Assembly (NCBI GenBank): GCA_965215195.1
Contig: CBDCDC010000002.1
Location: forward strand, 3,008,001-3,072,000
Reading direction: 5' to 3'
DNA from: Candidatus Latescibacterota bacterium
GTDB taxonomy: Bacteria > Latescibacterota > UBA2968 > UBA8231
DNA: 64,000 nt
Translations under genes and position numbers: made by a program
In this document: positions 19,608-30,094 of the stretch, one piece after another
How positions within the stretch are numbered: the stretch's first letter is position 1
Layout of the letters: every line of letters begins with the position of its first letter
Notes under the pieces: generated by a model
What the model was told of the DNA's origin: nothing
Database searches by the model: none
What the model saw: the letters and a program-made list of their open reading frames with translations, nothing else

Positions 19608-20462
19608 ATGGCCCTTCTCGATACCCACACTCAAATTTCAGCGATTATCGGCGACTTTGGCAGCGGCCTCGACCACCCCGAGTGCATTGCTTGGGGCTGC
19701 GATGGCTACGCCTATGCCGGCGGCGAAGCCGGCCAAATTTACCGCATCGACTTGGCCCGGCGCTCATTCGAGGAGTTCGCCCAAGTCGGCGGTTTTGTCG
19801 GCGGCATCTGTCAGGACGCCCAGCACCGCCTGTACGTCTGCAACGGCGGCGTCAAGCGCGTTGAGCCGGACGGCGCGGTCAGCGCGTATTGCGACCGCGC
19901 GGGCGAGGTGCGGCTGACCGCGGCCAACTACCCGGTCTTTGACGCGGCCGGCAATCTTTATGTGTCCAATTCTGGAGGCTGGCACAAAAACGACGGTTGG
20001 ATTTGCAAGATCGCCCCGGGGGGCCAAGGCGAGGTATGGAGCCGCGCCCTGCCGGAATTTCCCAACGGCACGGCGCTAGATGCGACGGGCGAATACCTCT
20101 ATGTGGCCATGAGCATCCGCCCCCGCGTGGCCCGCATCAAAATCGAGGCCGACGGCCGCGCTGGCGTTGCCGAAACCGTGTTCGACCTGCCGCAGACCGT
20201 CCCCGATGGCCTCGCCTTTGACGACGAGGGCACCCTGTACTGCTCCTGCTATCGCCCGGACCGCATCTATCGGTATGCCGACGGCCAACTCGACGTTTTG
20301 GCCGACGATTACGAGGGCACTGCCATGGCGGCCCCGACCAATATCGCCTTCTGCGGCGCGGATCGGTCGCTCTTCCTCAGCGCCAACTTGGGGCGTTGGC
20401 ACATAGCGCACTACGAGCTGGGCAAGACGGGGATGCCGTTGAATTATCCCGATATTCCCTAG
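19608..20462 (+). CDS. SMP-30/gluconolactonase/LRE family protein
   Basis: LDHPECIAW, FPNGTAL, VPDGLAFDDEG, PTNIAF. Confidence 0.9.
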   Translation: MALLDTHTQISAIIGDFGSGLDHPECIAWGCDGYAYAGGEAGQIYRIDLARRSFEEFAQVGGFVGGICQDAQHRLYVCNGGVKRVEPDGAVSAYCDRAGEVRLTAANYPVFDAAGNLYVSNSGGWHKNDGWICKIAPGGQGEVWSRALPEFPNGTALDATGEYLYVAMSIRPRVARIKIEADGRAGVAETVFDLPQTVPDGLAFDDEGTLYCSCYRPDRIYRYADGQLDVLADDYEGTAMAAPTNIAFCGADRSLFLSANLGRWHIAHYELGKTGMPLNYPDIP

Positions 20463-21550
20463 GTGGCGACCACCACCTGCGCCGGATTGATCGCCTGATA
20501 CCGGCTCTTGTTAGCCGTAATTTCAAATGCCTCCGGCACCTTATCGATCCCCTCTAACACGTGCCGGATCGTCGGCTTCATGCTGATGCGCCCCGAGGCC
20601 ACCAGCCGCACCGTGTACTCTAGATGGGCCTGCGAGCTGATGTCCGGGAAAAGGTAGCGCAAGCTGCGCTCCCGCATCAGGTCCACATTTAGTTCTAGGG
20701 GTGCCCCAAACCAAGAGATGCCCACCAGCTTGCCGCCGGAGCGCACCGCGTGCATGGCCTGTTTGAGCGCCCGGTCGCCGGCCAGCCCCTGCTTGACGCT
20801 GCCGCCGGCGCACTTGAACACCACGTCTGCACCCTCGCCGCCGGTCAGGTCGCGGATCGCCTCGACTGGATCGTCCTCGCGGGCGTTGATTGCGTGATCG
20901 GCGCCCAATTCCAACGAAAGCTGGCAAGCCTCGGGCCGCACATCCACGGTGATGAGCTGGCCAGCCCCGCAGGCGCGGGCGGCCTGCATGCTCTCGATGC
21001 CCATGCTGCCTTGGCCAAAGACGGCGACGGAATCGCCCGGCCGAATCTGCGCGGTCTCGACTGCGGCGATGCTGTCGCTCAGCGATTGCAGGGTGGCGGC
21101 CTCGCTGTCGGAGATGCGGTCATCGACCTTGACCAGCGCGATGGCCGGGAGCAGCGCACGCTCGGCAAAGCAGCCGGGCAGTTGGAAGCCGATGATCGGG
21201 CCGCGCCGGCAGTCGTCGCTGCGCTCGGAGCGGCACAGGGAGCAGTCGCCGCAGGGCAGCTTGGCGCGGGCCGCCACGCGGTCGCCGGGGGCGTACCCCG
21301 CGACGGCCGACCCGAGCTCTACGATCCGGGCGCAAAATTCGTGGCCGAAGAGCTGGAGCGGCGCGTCCGTCTCCAGCCGGCTCTTGACGTGGTCGTACGC
21401 CAGGGTTGGAATTCCAAAGGCGAGTTGGGCTTCGGTCGCACTGGGCTGAACGATCAGCGGCTCGACGAGCACGTGGTCGGGTGGGCAGGCCGGCAGCTCA
21501 ATGTCGTCGAGCCGCATGTCGCCGAAGGCATAGAAACGCCAGGCTTTCAC
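20459..21550 (-). CDS. Zinc-binding (MDR) dehydrogenase
   Basis: GHE, CGDCSLC....C structural Zn site, GQGSMG. Confidence 0.9.
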   Translation of the reverse strand: MKAWRFYAFGDMRLDDIELPACPPDHVLVEPLIVQPSATEAQLAFGIPTLAYDHVKSRLETDAPLQLFGHEFCARIVELGSAVAGYAPGDRVAARAKLPCGDCSLCRSERSDDCRRGPIIGFQLPGCFAERALLPAIALVKVDDRISDSEAATLQSLSDSIAAVETAQIRPGDSVAVFGQGSMGIESMQAARACGAGQLITVDVRPEACQLSLELGADHAINAREDDPVEAIRDLTGGEGADVVFKCAGGSVKQGLAGDRALKQAMHAVRSGGKLVGISWFGAPLELNVDLMRERSLRYLFPDISSQAHLEYTVRLVASGRISMKPTIRHVLEGIDKVPEAFEITANKSRYQAINPAQVVVAT

Positions 21551-21576
21551 GGGTTCTTCCTTTCCTTTGTTTGCTA

Positions 21577-23124
21577 TCAGGCGCGTTCCACGTCAAACGC
21601 CGCTAGGTTGCGGGTGTCTTTGCTGAACTCCACGCCAATTAGGTAGATCGGCTGCCCCAAGGCGCGATATTTGTCCGCATACCGCCGCTCCTGCAACTGC
21701 GCCATCGCCGCACCCGCTGACGCCAACTCGACCACCTTGAACTCGAACAGATAGACGTGGCCGTTGAACAAAACCGCCATGTCCAGCCGGCCGTGGCTGC
21801 TGCTGTCCTCCACCGCAATGTCCAATCCCAATCCCGCGAAATAGGAGTAGAACACGCTGGCGTAGTACCCCTCGTAACGGGCGATGTCGTTGTTGGAATA
21901 CCATTCGTAGGGAATGCTGGCGAAAAAGGCGTGAAAGAGCGTCTCCAGCCCGGCGAAGTCGTTGGCTTCGAGCAGCCGATACAGCCGCACGCTGTTGGCC
22001 ATCTGCCGCGTTGAGTCCTGCACCAAGTAGCGCAGCAAGCTCTCGTTGAGGCTTTGTCTCACCTCCCGGTTGGGATAGCCCAACTGATAGAACCGCTTGC
22101 CGCCCAGTTCCTCGGCGTTGGTGATGGTCAGGTAGCCGGTCTGGAACAGCAGGGCCTCGGTGGCGATGTGATCGACGTCAAAGGTCGATAGCAGTTCGTC
22201 GTTGCTCTCCATCTCGCCGAGTTCGAGGGAACTGACGCGGCGTTTGAACAGCGTTTCAACCAAGAACGTCGGCGTCCCGGTCTCAAACCAGTGAGCTTTG
22301 AACTCGCGGTTGCGAAACAGCAGCAGGATGTCGAAGGGGTTGTACACCTTTTCGTCGCCGAGCCAACTATAGCCGTTGTACCAGGCGCGAATCTGCTCTC
22401 GGTCCAAGCCGGGCAGTTCCGGCGCGAACACCGCGTCCAAGTCTGCCTCGGTGTACCCACAGATGGCCGAATAGCGCCGGTCCAAGGTAATGTCCGTGAG
22501 ATTGTTGAGGCCGGAAAACAGGCTGACCTTGGAGAACTTGCTCACCCCGGTGATGAACGTGAAGCGGACGTGCGCGTCGCTGTCCTTGATGACTGCGTAG
22601 AGGCCGCGCAAAAAGTCGCGGTTGGCGCGAGCTATGTCCGGCACCTCCAGCGCATCGACAATGGGCTTGTCGTATTCGTCGATCAGCACGGCGACCGGCT
22701 GTCCGGCTTGGTCGTGCAGTTCTTCCAGCAGGTGGGCGAATCGCTCCGCTCCGGTGGCGTAGTCCGACGCCACACCCGTCCGGCGTTCGACCGCGTCCAA
22801 TTGCGCCATCAGGTTCGTCTCCACGTAGCCGGGCACCTTGAAGTTGCCGCTGCCAAAGCTGAGCCGCAGGACCGGATGGCGCACCGACCAATCCCAACGG
22901 TCGTGGATATAAAGCCCCGCAAACAGGGGCTCGTTGCCCTCGAACACTTCCTTGAGCGTGTCCAAGAACAGGCTCTTGCCAAAGCGCCGGGGACGCGACA
23001 GGAAGTAGTGCGTGCCCTCGTTGAGCAGCCGCCGGATGTAGGCGGTTTTATCGACGTAGTAGCAGTTATCGTCCCGAATTTTGCGGAAGGTCTGAATGCC
23101 GATCGGCAGTCTGCGTTTGTTCAT
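21577..23124 (-). CDS. AAA-ATPase-like + PD-(D/E)XK nuclease protein
   Basis: LPIGIQTF, YYVDKT, RPRRFGKS, IDEYDKP, WYNGY, YPNREV, GRLD...FEFK. Confidence 0.92.
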   Translation of the reverse strand: MNKRRLPIGIQTFRKIRDDNCYYVDKTAYIRRLLNEGTHYFLSRPRRFGKSLFLDTLKEVFEGNEPLFAGLYIHDRWDWSVRHPVLRLSFGSGNFKVPGYVETNLMAQLDAVERRTGVASDYATGAERFAHLLEELHDQAGQPVAVLIDEYDKPIVDALEVPDIARANRDFLRGLYAVIKDSDAHVRFTFITGVSKFSKVSLFSGLNNLTDITLDRRYSAICGYTEADLDAVFAPELPGLDREQIRAWYNGYSWLGDEKVYNPFDILLLFRNREFKAHWFETGTPTFLVETLFKRRVSSLELGEMESNDELLSTFDVDHIATEALLFQTGYLTITNAEELGGKRFYQLGYPNREVRQSLNESLLRYLVQDSTRQMANSVRLYRLLEANDFAGLETLFHAFFASIPYEWYSNNDIARYEGYYASVFYSYFAGLGLDIAVEDSSSHGRLDMAVLFNGHVYLFEFKVVELASAGAAMAQLQERRYADKYRALGQPIYLIGVEFSKDTRNLAAFDVERA

Positions 23125-23143
23125 GGTACATTCTCCGTTTGGA

Positions 23144-23480
23144 TTACTCGCCCAGCATCCGCCCGTGGGTGTAGTAGTCGCTCGTGGAGTTGTGCGCCAC
23201 ATAGCCCTTGATGTCGGGCAAATCCGCGGCCTTGGCACCCGCGTTCTCGGAAAACTCCCAAGTTGAGGCGGTCAATAAGGCCGTGCCGTATAGAGGTGGC
23301 AAAGGTCGGAAGCCGGCCTGCAAAAAGGGGGTAGAGCGAAATTGCGTTGATGTCGTCGATGTACACCCCGTCAATTTGGCCGCTCGCGTCCCGGGGGTCG
23401 GCGACCATGCGGACCTCCAGGTACTTTTCCGCAAAGCGTTGGCCCATTCCCATGTCGAGGCACCAAGCGCAGGTCATCAT
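23144..23480 (-). pseudogene. Frameshifted fragment of an unknown gene
   Basis: Two overlapping protein-like frames (MMTCAWCLDMGMGQRF... and ...TASTWEFSENAGAK...GRMLGE*) ending just upstream of the AAA gene. Confidence 0.35.
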
Positions 23481-23672
23481 GCCGGGCGTACGGGGGATTT
23501 ATTTTTTCGCCCCAGATATTGAGGGTGTGGCCGCCAGGCCCCCACGCGGAGCAGGTCGCCGGGCGCGGTGTGGGCCATGATTCCTCCGAGGAGACGAGGG
23601 TGGTGGGTTGAGTACGCTAATATAAAACATTAAAGTCCTACCATCTTGGTTTGAAATCGCAAGAGGCTGGTT

Positions 23673-24125
23673 ATGGCTGATTTGCTCTACTTTGCTTATG
23701 GGTCCAACTTGCTCTGGCGGCAGATGCAGACCCGCTGCCCCAAAGCCCGCTATCGCACGGCCGTGCGCGTACAGGGCTACGAGCTGTGCTTTCCGATGAT
23801 CTCCTTCACGCGCAGCGGCATGGGCGTGGCCAGCATCCGGCCCAACGAGGACGCATTCGTCGAAGGCGTCATATACGAAATGACGCCCGACGACTTCAGA
23901 CGCCTCGACCACTACGAAAGCGAGGGCACCAAGTACCGGCGGGACAAGATAATGATACCTGAGTTTGGCGAAGTTTGGACGTATTTCTCCCGCCTCGACG
24001 CCGGACACCACTACCCGCCCTCGGAGGAATACCTCAACGCCGTCATTCAGGGAGCTACTGAACACGGACTTTCCGCCGCATACATCGACACTTTACACGC
24101 CTTTTGGGACAAAGAAGAGGAGTGA
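23673..24125 (+). CDS. Gamma-glutamylcyclotransferase family protein
   Basis: YFAYGSNL, VEGVIY, LDHYE, PSEEY. Confidence 0.9.
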   Translation: MADLLYFAYGSNLLWRQMQTRCPKARYRTAVRVQGYELCFPMISFTRSGMGVASIRPNEDAFVEGVIYEMTPDDFRRLDHYESEGTKYRRDKIMIPEFGEVWTYFSRLDAGHHYPPSEEYLNAVIQGATEHGLSAAYIDTLHAFWDKEEE

Positions 24126-24129
24126 TCCA

Positions 24130-25017
24130 ATGGCCCAGCAAACCATGATAAACCTCGAACCTTTCGTCGATTCCACCCTCCTGCTCGACGCGCCCAGTGC
24201 CTTGCGCGAGCGCGCGGCCGAGCAGGGCTATTTGTTCTTTCGCTCGTTATTGGATTCAGAGTCGGTGCTCGACCTGCGCCGCCAGCTCCTCGAAGTTTGT
24301 CAGCAGCACGGCTGGCTTGACGACGACGCGCCCTTGATGGACGGAGTTGCCTGCGACGGGCAGCTTTTCATCGAAGGCCACTCGCCCGAGTGGATTGCCT
24401 TTTACATCGATGTCCAGCGGTTGCGCGCCTTCAACGCCTTGGCTTTGCACCCTGCGATCTTGGCGATGTTCGCCACGCTCTTTGGCGAGGAGGCCCTGCC
24501 CCACAGCCGCAATATCTGCCGAGTAATTTTCCCCAACGCCCTCGCGCACACCACCCCCCCGCACCAAGACAATTTCTACATTGGCGGCACCGATGAGACG
24601 TGGACCGCTTGGATCCCGGCTGGTGACTGCCCGGCCGCGCTGGGCAGCTTGGCGGTGGCACCGGGTAGCCACAAGCTGGGCAAGCTAGGCGTTACAAAGG
24701 CAACCGGCGCCGGCGGCCATGCCGTCGAACTGCCCGAGGACACGCTGTGGGCGGGCGGCGACTTTTGCGCCGGCGACGTGCTGATATGCCACAGTCTCAC
24801 CGCGCATCAGGGCCAAGACAACCAAAGCGGCGACCGCCTGCGCATCTCGCTCGACTATCGCTATCAGCCCATGAGCCACCCGGTGCGCGAAGATTCGCTG
24901 GAGCCGCACATGAACTTTGCGGATTGGGAGGACATTTACGCCCAGTGGGACGCGGACGATCCGCTCAAGTACTACTGGCGGAAGTGGGATTTGCAGATTA
25001 ACGCCCGAGTTGGTTAG
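24130..25017 (+). CDS. Phytanoyl-CoA dioxygenase family protein
   Basis: TPPHQD, WTAWIP, PGSH, GDVLICH..TAH, RISLDYRY. Confidence 0.9.
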   Translation: MAQQTMINLEPFVDSTLLLDAPSALRERAAEQGYLFFRSLLDSESVLDLRRQLLEVCQQHGWLDDDAPLMDGVACDGQLFIEGHSPEWIAFYIDVQRLRAFNALALHPAILAMFATLFGEEALPHSRNICRVIFPNALAHTTPPHQDNFYIGGTDETWTAWIPAGDCPAALGSLAVAPGSHKLGKLGVTKATGAGGHAVELPEDTLWAGGDFCAGDVLICHSLTAHQGQDNQSGDRLRISLDYRYQPMSHPVREDSLEPHMNFADWEDIYAQWDADDPLKYYWRKWDLQINARVG

Positions 25018-25107
25018 AAAGCATCTCATACATGCCACCCCCATAGGGATTGGCCTTAAACAACGGGTCGCCGTATTCAGAGGTTATGAGATAACTTCTA
25101 ACCACTC
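25007..25107. mobile_element. MITE-like palindromic element, copy 1
   Basis: Inverted ends GAGTTGGTTAGAAAGCATCTCATA / TATGAGATAACTTCTAACCACTC between convergent genes; homologous to the reverse complement of 62367-62475. Confidence 0.65.
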
Positions 25108-25108
25108 T

Positions 25109-26218
25109 TCACACCGCTGCTTTTGCTTGATTGTCGATACCGACCGCGTCTTCCACCCGGGCAAACCCATCGCGTTCCAACAGGTGCGCTAGCCCGGCGT
25201 TGATTTGCCGCACGACCCCCGGCCCCCTGAAAACCAACGCTGAGTATAGCTGCACGAGCGAGGCCCCGAGGCGAATTTTGCGGTACGCGTCGCGGGCCGA
25301 TGAAATCCCTCCCACGCCAATGATCGCGTGCCGCTGGCGGTCGATCCGCCCGTACCAGAAGCGCACGGTCTCGTCGATCAGGGCCTGCACGGGCCGGCCG
25401 CACAAGGTTCCGGGCAGGGAGGCGAAGAGATGGGTCGGTGACTGGAGCGGATAGCTCGTTCCCGGCGGCAGGTTGAAGATGAAGCCCTTGACGAAGGCAA
25501 ACGGATCGACCGTCTCCAGCATCCAGTCCAGCCGCGTCGGGTCGGTGTGCGCGGTGAGCTTGAGAAAGATCGGGGGCAGGTCGTCGATGGCAGCGCATTC
25601 GAGCAGCAAGTCGCGCAGGTGATCTCCGCTGTTGAATGGGCTGACGCCGCCGGTGGTGTTCGGACAATTGAGATTGAACGCGATGTAGGAGGCCCGCCCG
25701 ACAAAGGGGACGAGGGCCGCGGCTAGCTCGGCCACGACCGCATCGGGCGCAATGGCCCGTCCGGTATTGGTTTCGACGAGGTTGATGCCCAAGGGCACGG
25801 CGATTGGTCGCTGGGACACGCGCTCGGCTACGACCGCAGCCCCGTCATTGGGCACCCCATAGTTGACCACAATGGCCTCGTCCAACGGCAAGCGGAACAA
25901 GCGGGGCCGCGGATTCCCGGCCGAAGGATGCGCCGATACCGACCCCACCTCCACGAACCCAAAGCCCATGGCCGCAAGCGCCTGGATCACCCGGCCATTT
26001 TTGTCGAACCCGGCCGCCATGCCCAGCGGGTTGGCAAAGTGCAAGCCGCCCACTTGGGTAGAAAGCCGCGCATCTGCGAAGGCAAAGAGACTGGAGAGCA
26101 GACGACGGCCAAGCGCGAAAGAACCGACCCGCTCGCCAAGCGCGAGGATTTGATCGTGGATGCGCTCTGGATCGCAGCGGAACAGGAGGGGGCGGACGAA
26201 GCGTTGGTATGCGTTCAT
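25109..26218 (-). CDS. pyrD: Quinone-dependent dihydroorotate dehydrogenase
   Basis: NPLGMAAGFDKNG, GFGFVEVGSV, GNPRPRLFRL, NLNCPN, IIGVGGI, GASLVQLYS. Confidence 0.9.
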   Translation of the reverse strand: MNAYQRFVRPLLFRCDPERIHDQILALGERVGSFALGRRLLSSLFAFADARLSTQVGGLHFANPLGMAAGFDKNGRVIQALAAMGFGFVEVGSVSAHPSAGNPRPRLFRLPLDEAIVVNYGVPNDGAAVVAERVSQRPIAVPLGINLVETNTGRAIAPDAVVAELAAALVPFVGRASYIAFNLNCPNTTGGVSPFNSGDHLRDLLLECAAIDDLPPIFLKLTAHTDPTRLDWMLETVDPFAFVKGFIFNLPPGTSYPLQSPTHLFASLPGTLCGRPVQALIDETVRFWYGRIDRQRHAIIGVGGISSARDAYRKIRLGASLVQLYSALVFRGPGVVRQINAGLAHLLERDGFARVEDAVGIDNQAKAAV

Positions 26219-26466
26219 TTATTAATCACTGAGCGGCCCGCGCTGGGCTACGTCCTTGACCAGTTCCCGCAGATTGTAGGTGGGATGCGCACGTCGCATA
26301 GGTCGGCGGCGAATACGGCCAGCGACAGTTCGCTTGTCTTTAGACCGTCGCGCAATGTGTACGAACTTGTAGGAAGGCTTCGTTGTCATGTCGTCCTCAT
26401 TGATTCCATAAATTGATTAGATAGAAGGATAGACCCGCACCGCATCTCCAGGCCGGATTTCAGCAA

Positions 26467-26718
26467 TCAATCGCTCGAGTTCGGGCACCAGCACCCCAGT
26501 CCTTGGGGCGAAAGCTCGAGATAAGACTCTAGCTGCCATCGCTCGACCGTGGGATAATCTTGGAGAAATTCCTCGATAGAGTGCCCCCCTTTGAGATAAC
26601 TCACTAGGTTGTCCACCGGGACCCGCGTACCGGTGAAAACCAGATCGCCGCTGTGGATTTCAGGATCTCGTTGGACGACCTTCTCCAATACAATATCGTT
26701 CTGCTCTGCATTTGCCAT
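26467..26718 (-). CDS. DUF433 antitoxin-like protein (partner toxin not seen)
   Basis: DPEIHSG..VFTGTRVPV...G.SIEEFL.DYP; AAGGAG RBS. Confidence 0.8.
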   Translation of the reverse strand: MANAEQNDIVLEKVVQRDPEIHSGDLVFTGTRVPVDNLVSYLKGGHSIEEFLQDYPTVERWQLESYLELSPQGLGCWCPNSSD

Positions 26719-27079
26719 CGCCAATTCTCCTTGTTAGTCTGATGAGGGTCCAATCGCCAATAGCTGCTGATTCGCAAACAGCTTTCGCCACGCAAGAAAC
26801 GCATGGCTATTGTCGTCATTGGTCGCGCCTCCTCGCTGGTGAGCGGGCTGGCTTGCAACGCGAGCCTCCCTCACAATTTCCCCTATGAATTTGACTTGCG
26901 CAATCGCGTCTGGTCACTCGGCGGCCTCTATAACATCCCTTGGAGCGATGGCGTAGGCGAGAGACTCGCGGCTCCTGACGCGATGCCGATAAAAGGGGCT
27001 TAGGGAGAATTATTGGTACAAATGGTTGCAAACGCCCGTTCATGTCAACGCGACGTAACCTCTCTCAGGAGTTTGCCTC

Positions 27080-28117
27080 ATGCCGCTCGAATTGATCGCC
27101 GACCGCCCCGGCCATGCAGTCCTCAGCTCGTACCAAGAACCGCCCTTAGCCGCGGACGAAGTTCGCGTCCAAAGCCTCTTCAGCTCGGTCAAGCACGGCA
27201 CTGAGCTGCGCGGCTTTCGCGCTGACACGCCCGACGCCTCTGACCGCTGGGACGGCGAGTTGCGCCTGCACCGCCGCGGCGAATCTGCGGATAGTGGCTT
27301 CCCCCGCCGCCTCGGCAACATGTGCTTGGGCGCGGTCGTCGAAGTGGGTGCCGAGGTCACCACGCTGCGACAAGGCGACCGGGTCTTCGCGCATTTGCCC
27401 ATCCGCGAAACGCACACTGTAGCGGCGGCGCGTGTGCAAAAGGCCCCCGACGGAATTTCGCCGCAAGCTATCATGTATTGGGACCCGGCCGACTTTGCCG
27501 TCGGCGCGGTGCGCGATGGCGCGGTGCGCTTGGGGGATCGCGTCGCCGTCTTCGGACTCGGGGCCATCGGGCTGATGGTGGCGCAGGCCGCGCGTTTGTG
27601 CGGGGCGCGTTGGGTGGCGGTCGTCGATCCCATTGAGCTCCGGCGCACCGCAGCCCTGCGCCACCACGCCGACTTGGCGCTGGATCCGGGGACAATGGAC
27701 GCTGGTTTGGAAATCAAGCGGCACACCGACAAAATCGGCGCGGACATCGCCTTTGAAACGAGCGGCTCGTACCGGGCGTTTGAAGACGCCCTGCGCGCCA
27801 CCTGCTACGCCGGCACCTTGGTTTCGACCGCCTATTACCACGGCGAGCAGGGCTTGCGCTTGGCCGGCGAGTGGCACCGCAACCGCATTCAGGTCATCTC
27901 CAGCCGCGCCAACAGCGAGCCATTGCCGCAGGCGAGTTGGGATTTCGCCCGCATCCGCGCTGAGTCGCTGGCCCTGTTGGTCGCAGGCCGTTTGCAAGCC
28001 GACGATCTCATTGACCCGATTGTGCCCTTTGCGCAAGCGGCCGACGCTTATATGGAGATCAACCAGCATCCCGAGCGTTCGATCAAGCTGGGCATTGATC
28101 AAGCTAGCCGATGTTAA
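27080..28117 (+). CDS. Zinc-type (MDR) alcohol dehydrogenase-like protein
   Basis: SSVKHGTE, GDRVAVFGLGAIG, ADIAFETSG. Confidence 0.85.
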   Translation: MPLELIADRPGHAVLSSYQEPPLAADEVRVQSLFSSVKHGTELRGFRADTPDASDRWDGELRLHRRGESADSGFPRRLGNMCLGAVVEVGAEVTTLRQGDRVFAHLPIRETHTVAAARVQKAPDGISPQAIMYWDPADFAVGAVRDGAVRLGDRVAVFGLGAIGLMVAQAARLCGARWVAVVDPIELRRTAALRHHADLALDPGTMDAGLEIKRHTDKIGADIAFETSGSYRAFEDALRATCYAGTLVSTAYYHGEQGLRLAGEWHRNRIQVISSRANSEPLPQASWDFARIRAESLALLVAGRLQADDLIDPIVPFAQAADAYMEINQHPERSIKLGIDQASRC

Positions 28118-30035
28118 TCAGCCGGTTGCCCGTCAGGCCGGTGAAGGAGTCGATGATGAGCCACAACCCGGCCGTGCCAAACGCGCCCAGCACCAGCCCC
28201 AAAAAGAACGGGCGCAGGCGCGTGTAGAGCCGAGGACCGCCGTATTTGAGAATGAGCGCCTTGAGCAGCCAAGCGAAAAAAACCGACGGCCAGATGAGCT
28301 GCACCGGATGCGGCAGCCCGATGGCCAAGCCGATGGGGTGAATGGGAAAGCCGACGAAGCGGTTTTTCACAAACGTCAACAGGCCCATCAGGAACGCGCC
28401 GAGCCCGGCAAAGGATAGGTGCCAAACGTGGGTGGGCTGCATGTTGTTGATGTTGTTGGTAATCCAGTTGCCGGTATAGGTCGTCATATAGCCGAATTGC
28501 CAACTGCTCAGGTTGATGCCGCCGTAGGTGTACGCGAGGTGGATGACCGCGGCGATTGAGCCGGCGAGAGTGACCACAATGGCCGCGGCAATGGCCCAGA
28601 ACACGCGCCGATACTCTAGGCGCGTCACTTCCGCTAACTTGAGGCCGGTAGCGGCCGAAGCCATGACGAAAGTGCGGATGTCGGCAGACCAGGGGAAGTT
28701 GAGTGCCAGTGCCGTCAGGCCTGGGGCCCCCACCGACGACGACCCGAGCGTGTTGACGGTAAACACGGCCGGGGCCACTGGAGCGCGGCAATAGGCCAGC
28801 CCGGCCTGCGAGATGATGCGGGCCAAGCCGACGAAGATCACGAGGGCCGAAAGCTGAAAGACAAAGGCGGTCGGCAGGTTCATGTTGGTGGCGTAGAGCG
28901 CGAACAGGCCGAGCAAAAAGCTGCCGATAAATCCAAAAACCGCGACCCGGTACGAGAGCAATTCCCCGCTGTCGTCGATAGAGTTGTCGCCGCGCAGGGC
29001 CTTGCGCCAGACTTGGCGCACGTGCTGCCGCCCGCTCCACAAGCTGGACAGCACTAAGAAGAACAAGGCCCCGAGGGCGATGTGGGCGAGGCTGGGCGGA
29101 GAGGGCGAGGAATAGGGCTGCTCCGGGCCGATGTTCCACCCGGTCATGCGGAACAAGCCGATGGTCACCATGTTGAGGAAGGCGAAGAACCACACGCCCA
29201 TAGAGATGTCGAGGTTGAGCAAGTAGGACAGGCCGACGACCTCAAAGTGCGGGCGAAAGTTGACCCATATAGAGCGGCGCAAAAAGGGCACCCAGAGGTT
29301 TAGGTCGATTTGTGGGACGAAGTTGAAATAGCGGTGCAGGGCGTTGACCGAGCCGATGAGCGCGGGAATGGCAAAGCCGACCCAAGTCAGGTAATTGCGG
29401 TAAAAGGGCGCGACAGCTTGGTCTTTGGCGCGGGCACTCATTTCTATGGGCAAGGTGGCCAGCGGAAAGTTGAGCCGCTCGCGTTCGACCCATTGCTTGC
29501 GCAGCACCACGAGCACGCACAGGGTGGTGAAGTACATGTTGACGACAAACAGGCTCCACGCCATAAGTGGCGTCGCCCAAGCCCCCCAAGGGATGCGCTC
29601 GCCTTGGGCGTTGCCTTCGAACAGCTTTTGGATGGCCGCGCTGTCTTCCGGCACGAGGAGCTGTGATATATAGGGCTGGATGGTGTTGGCCCAGTCGTTT
29701 TCCGGGGTGGCGTAGTAAAAAAACCCGCCGAGGAGCGGGATCAGGTTCATGGTCAGGCCCCAAGAGGGAATGGCGGCCCCTACGACCATCATTATGTATA
29801 CGGTGGCCAACTCGCCGGTGTGCAGGCTGGTGCCGGTGAGCAATCGGGCGAGCGGGTTGATGAGCAAGGTGATGAGAAAGAACAAGAAGAGGGCCGCGCC
29901 GGTTGAGTAGTCGGCGGCCATGGGCGAGCTGCGCATCACCAAGACGCCAAAAGGCTCGCCCGCGGCGATGGCGAGGCAGCCAATGGCTCCGATGGCGATG
30001 GCGCGGAGAGAGACGCGGCGCGGGGGTGCTGACAA
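28104..30035 (-). CDS. DUF6785/DUF6784 polytopic membrane protein (putative transporter)
   Basis: Many TM helices; YYATPENDW, RKQW..ERL.FPL, FPIHPIG, LKYGG..LY..RPFFLG; start codon uncertain. Confidence 0.8.
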   Translation of the reverse strand: MSAPPRRVSLRAIAIGAIGCLAIAAGEPFGVLVMRSSPMAADYSTGAALFLFFLITLLINPLARLLTGTSLHTGELATVYIMMVVGAAIPSWGLTMNLIPLLGGFFYYATPENDWANTIQPYISQLLVPEDSAAIQKLFEGNAQGERIPWGAWATPLMAWSLFVVNMYFTTLCVLVVLRKQWVERERLNFPLATLPIEMSARAKDQAVAPFYRNYLTWVGFAIPALIGSVNALHRYFNFVPQIDLNLWVPFLRRSIWVNFRPHFEVVGLSYLLNLDISMGVWFFAFLNMVTIGLFRMTGWNIGPEQPYSSPSPPSLAHIALGALFFLVLSSLWSGRQHVRQVWRKALRGDNSIDDSGELLSYRVAVFGFIGSFLLGLFALYATNMNLPTAFVFQLSALVIFVGLARIISQAGLAYCRAPVAPAVFTVNTLGSSSVGAPGLTALALNFPWSADIRTFVMASAATGLKLAEVTRLEYRRVFWAIAAAIVVTLAGSIAAVIHLAYTYGGINLSSWQFGYMTTYTGNWITNNINNMQPTHVWHLSFAGLGAFLMGLLTFVKNRFVGFPIHPIGLAIGLPHPVQLIWPSVFFAWLLKALILKYGGPRLYTRLRPFFLGLVLGAFGTAGLWLIIDSFTGLTGNRLINIG

Positions 30036-30094
30036 GACTCAGAACTCTATGTTGACGAGGGGACTAGGCCCCGAAACGGAATTTATCGGCAAGG

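Noticed and set aside
26739-26815. Hammerhead ribozyme (CTGATGAG ... GAAAC)
   Set aside because: No stem II or flanking helices could be paired
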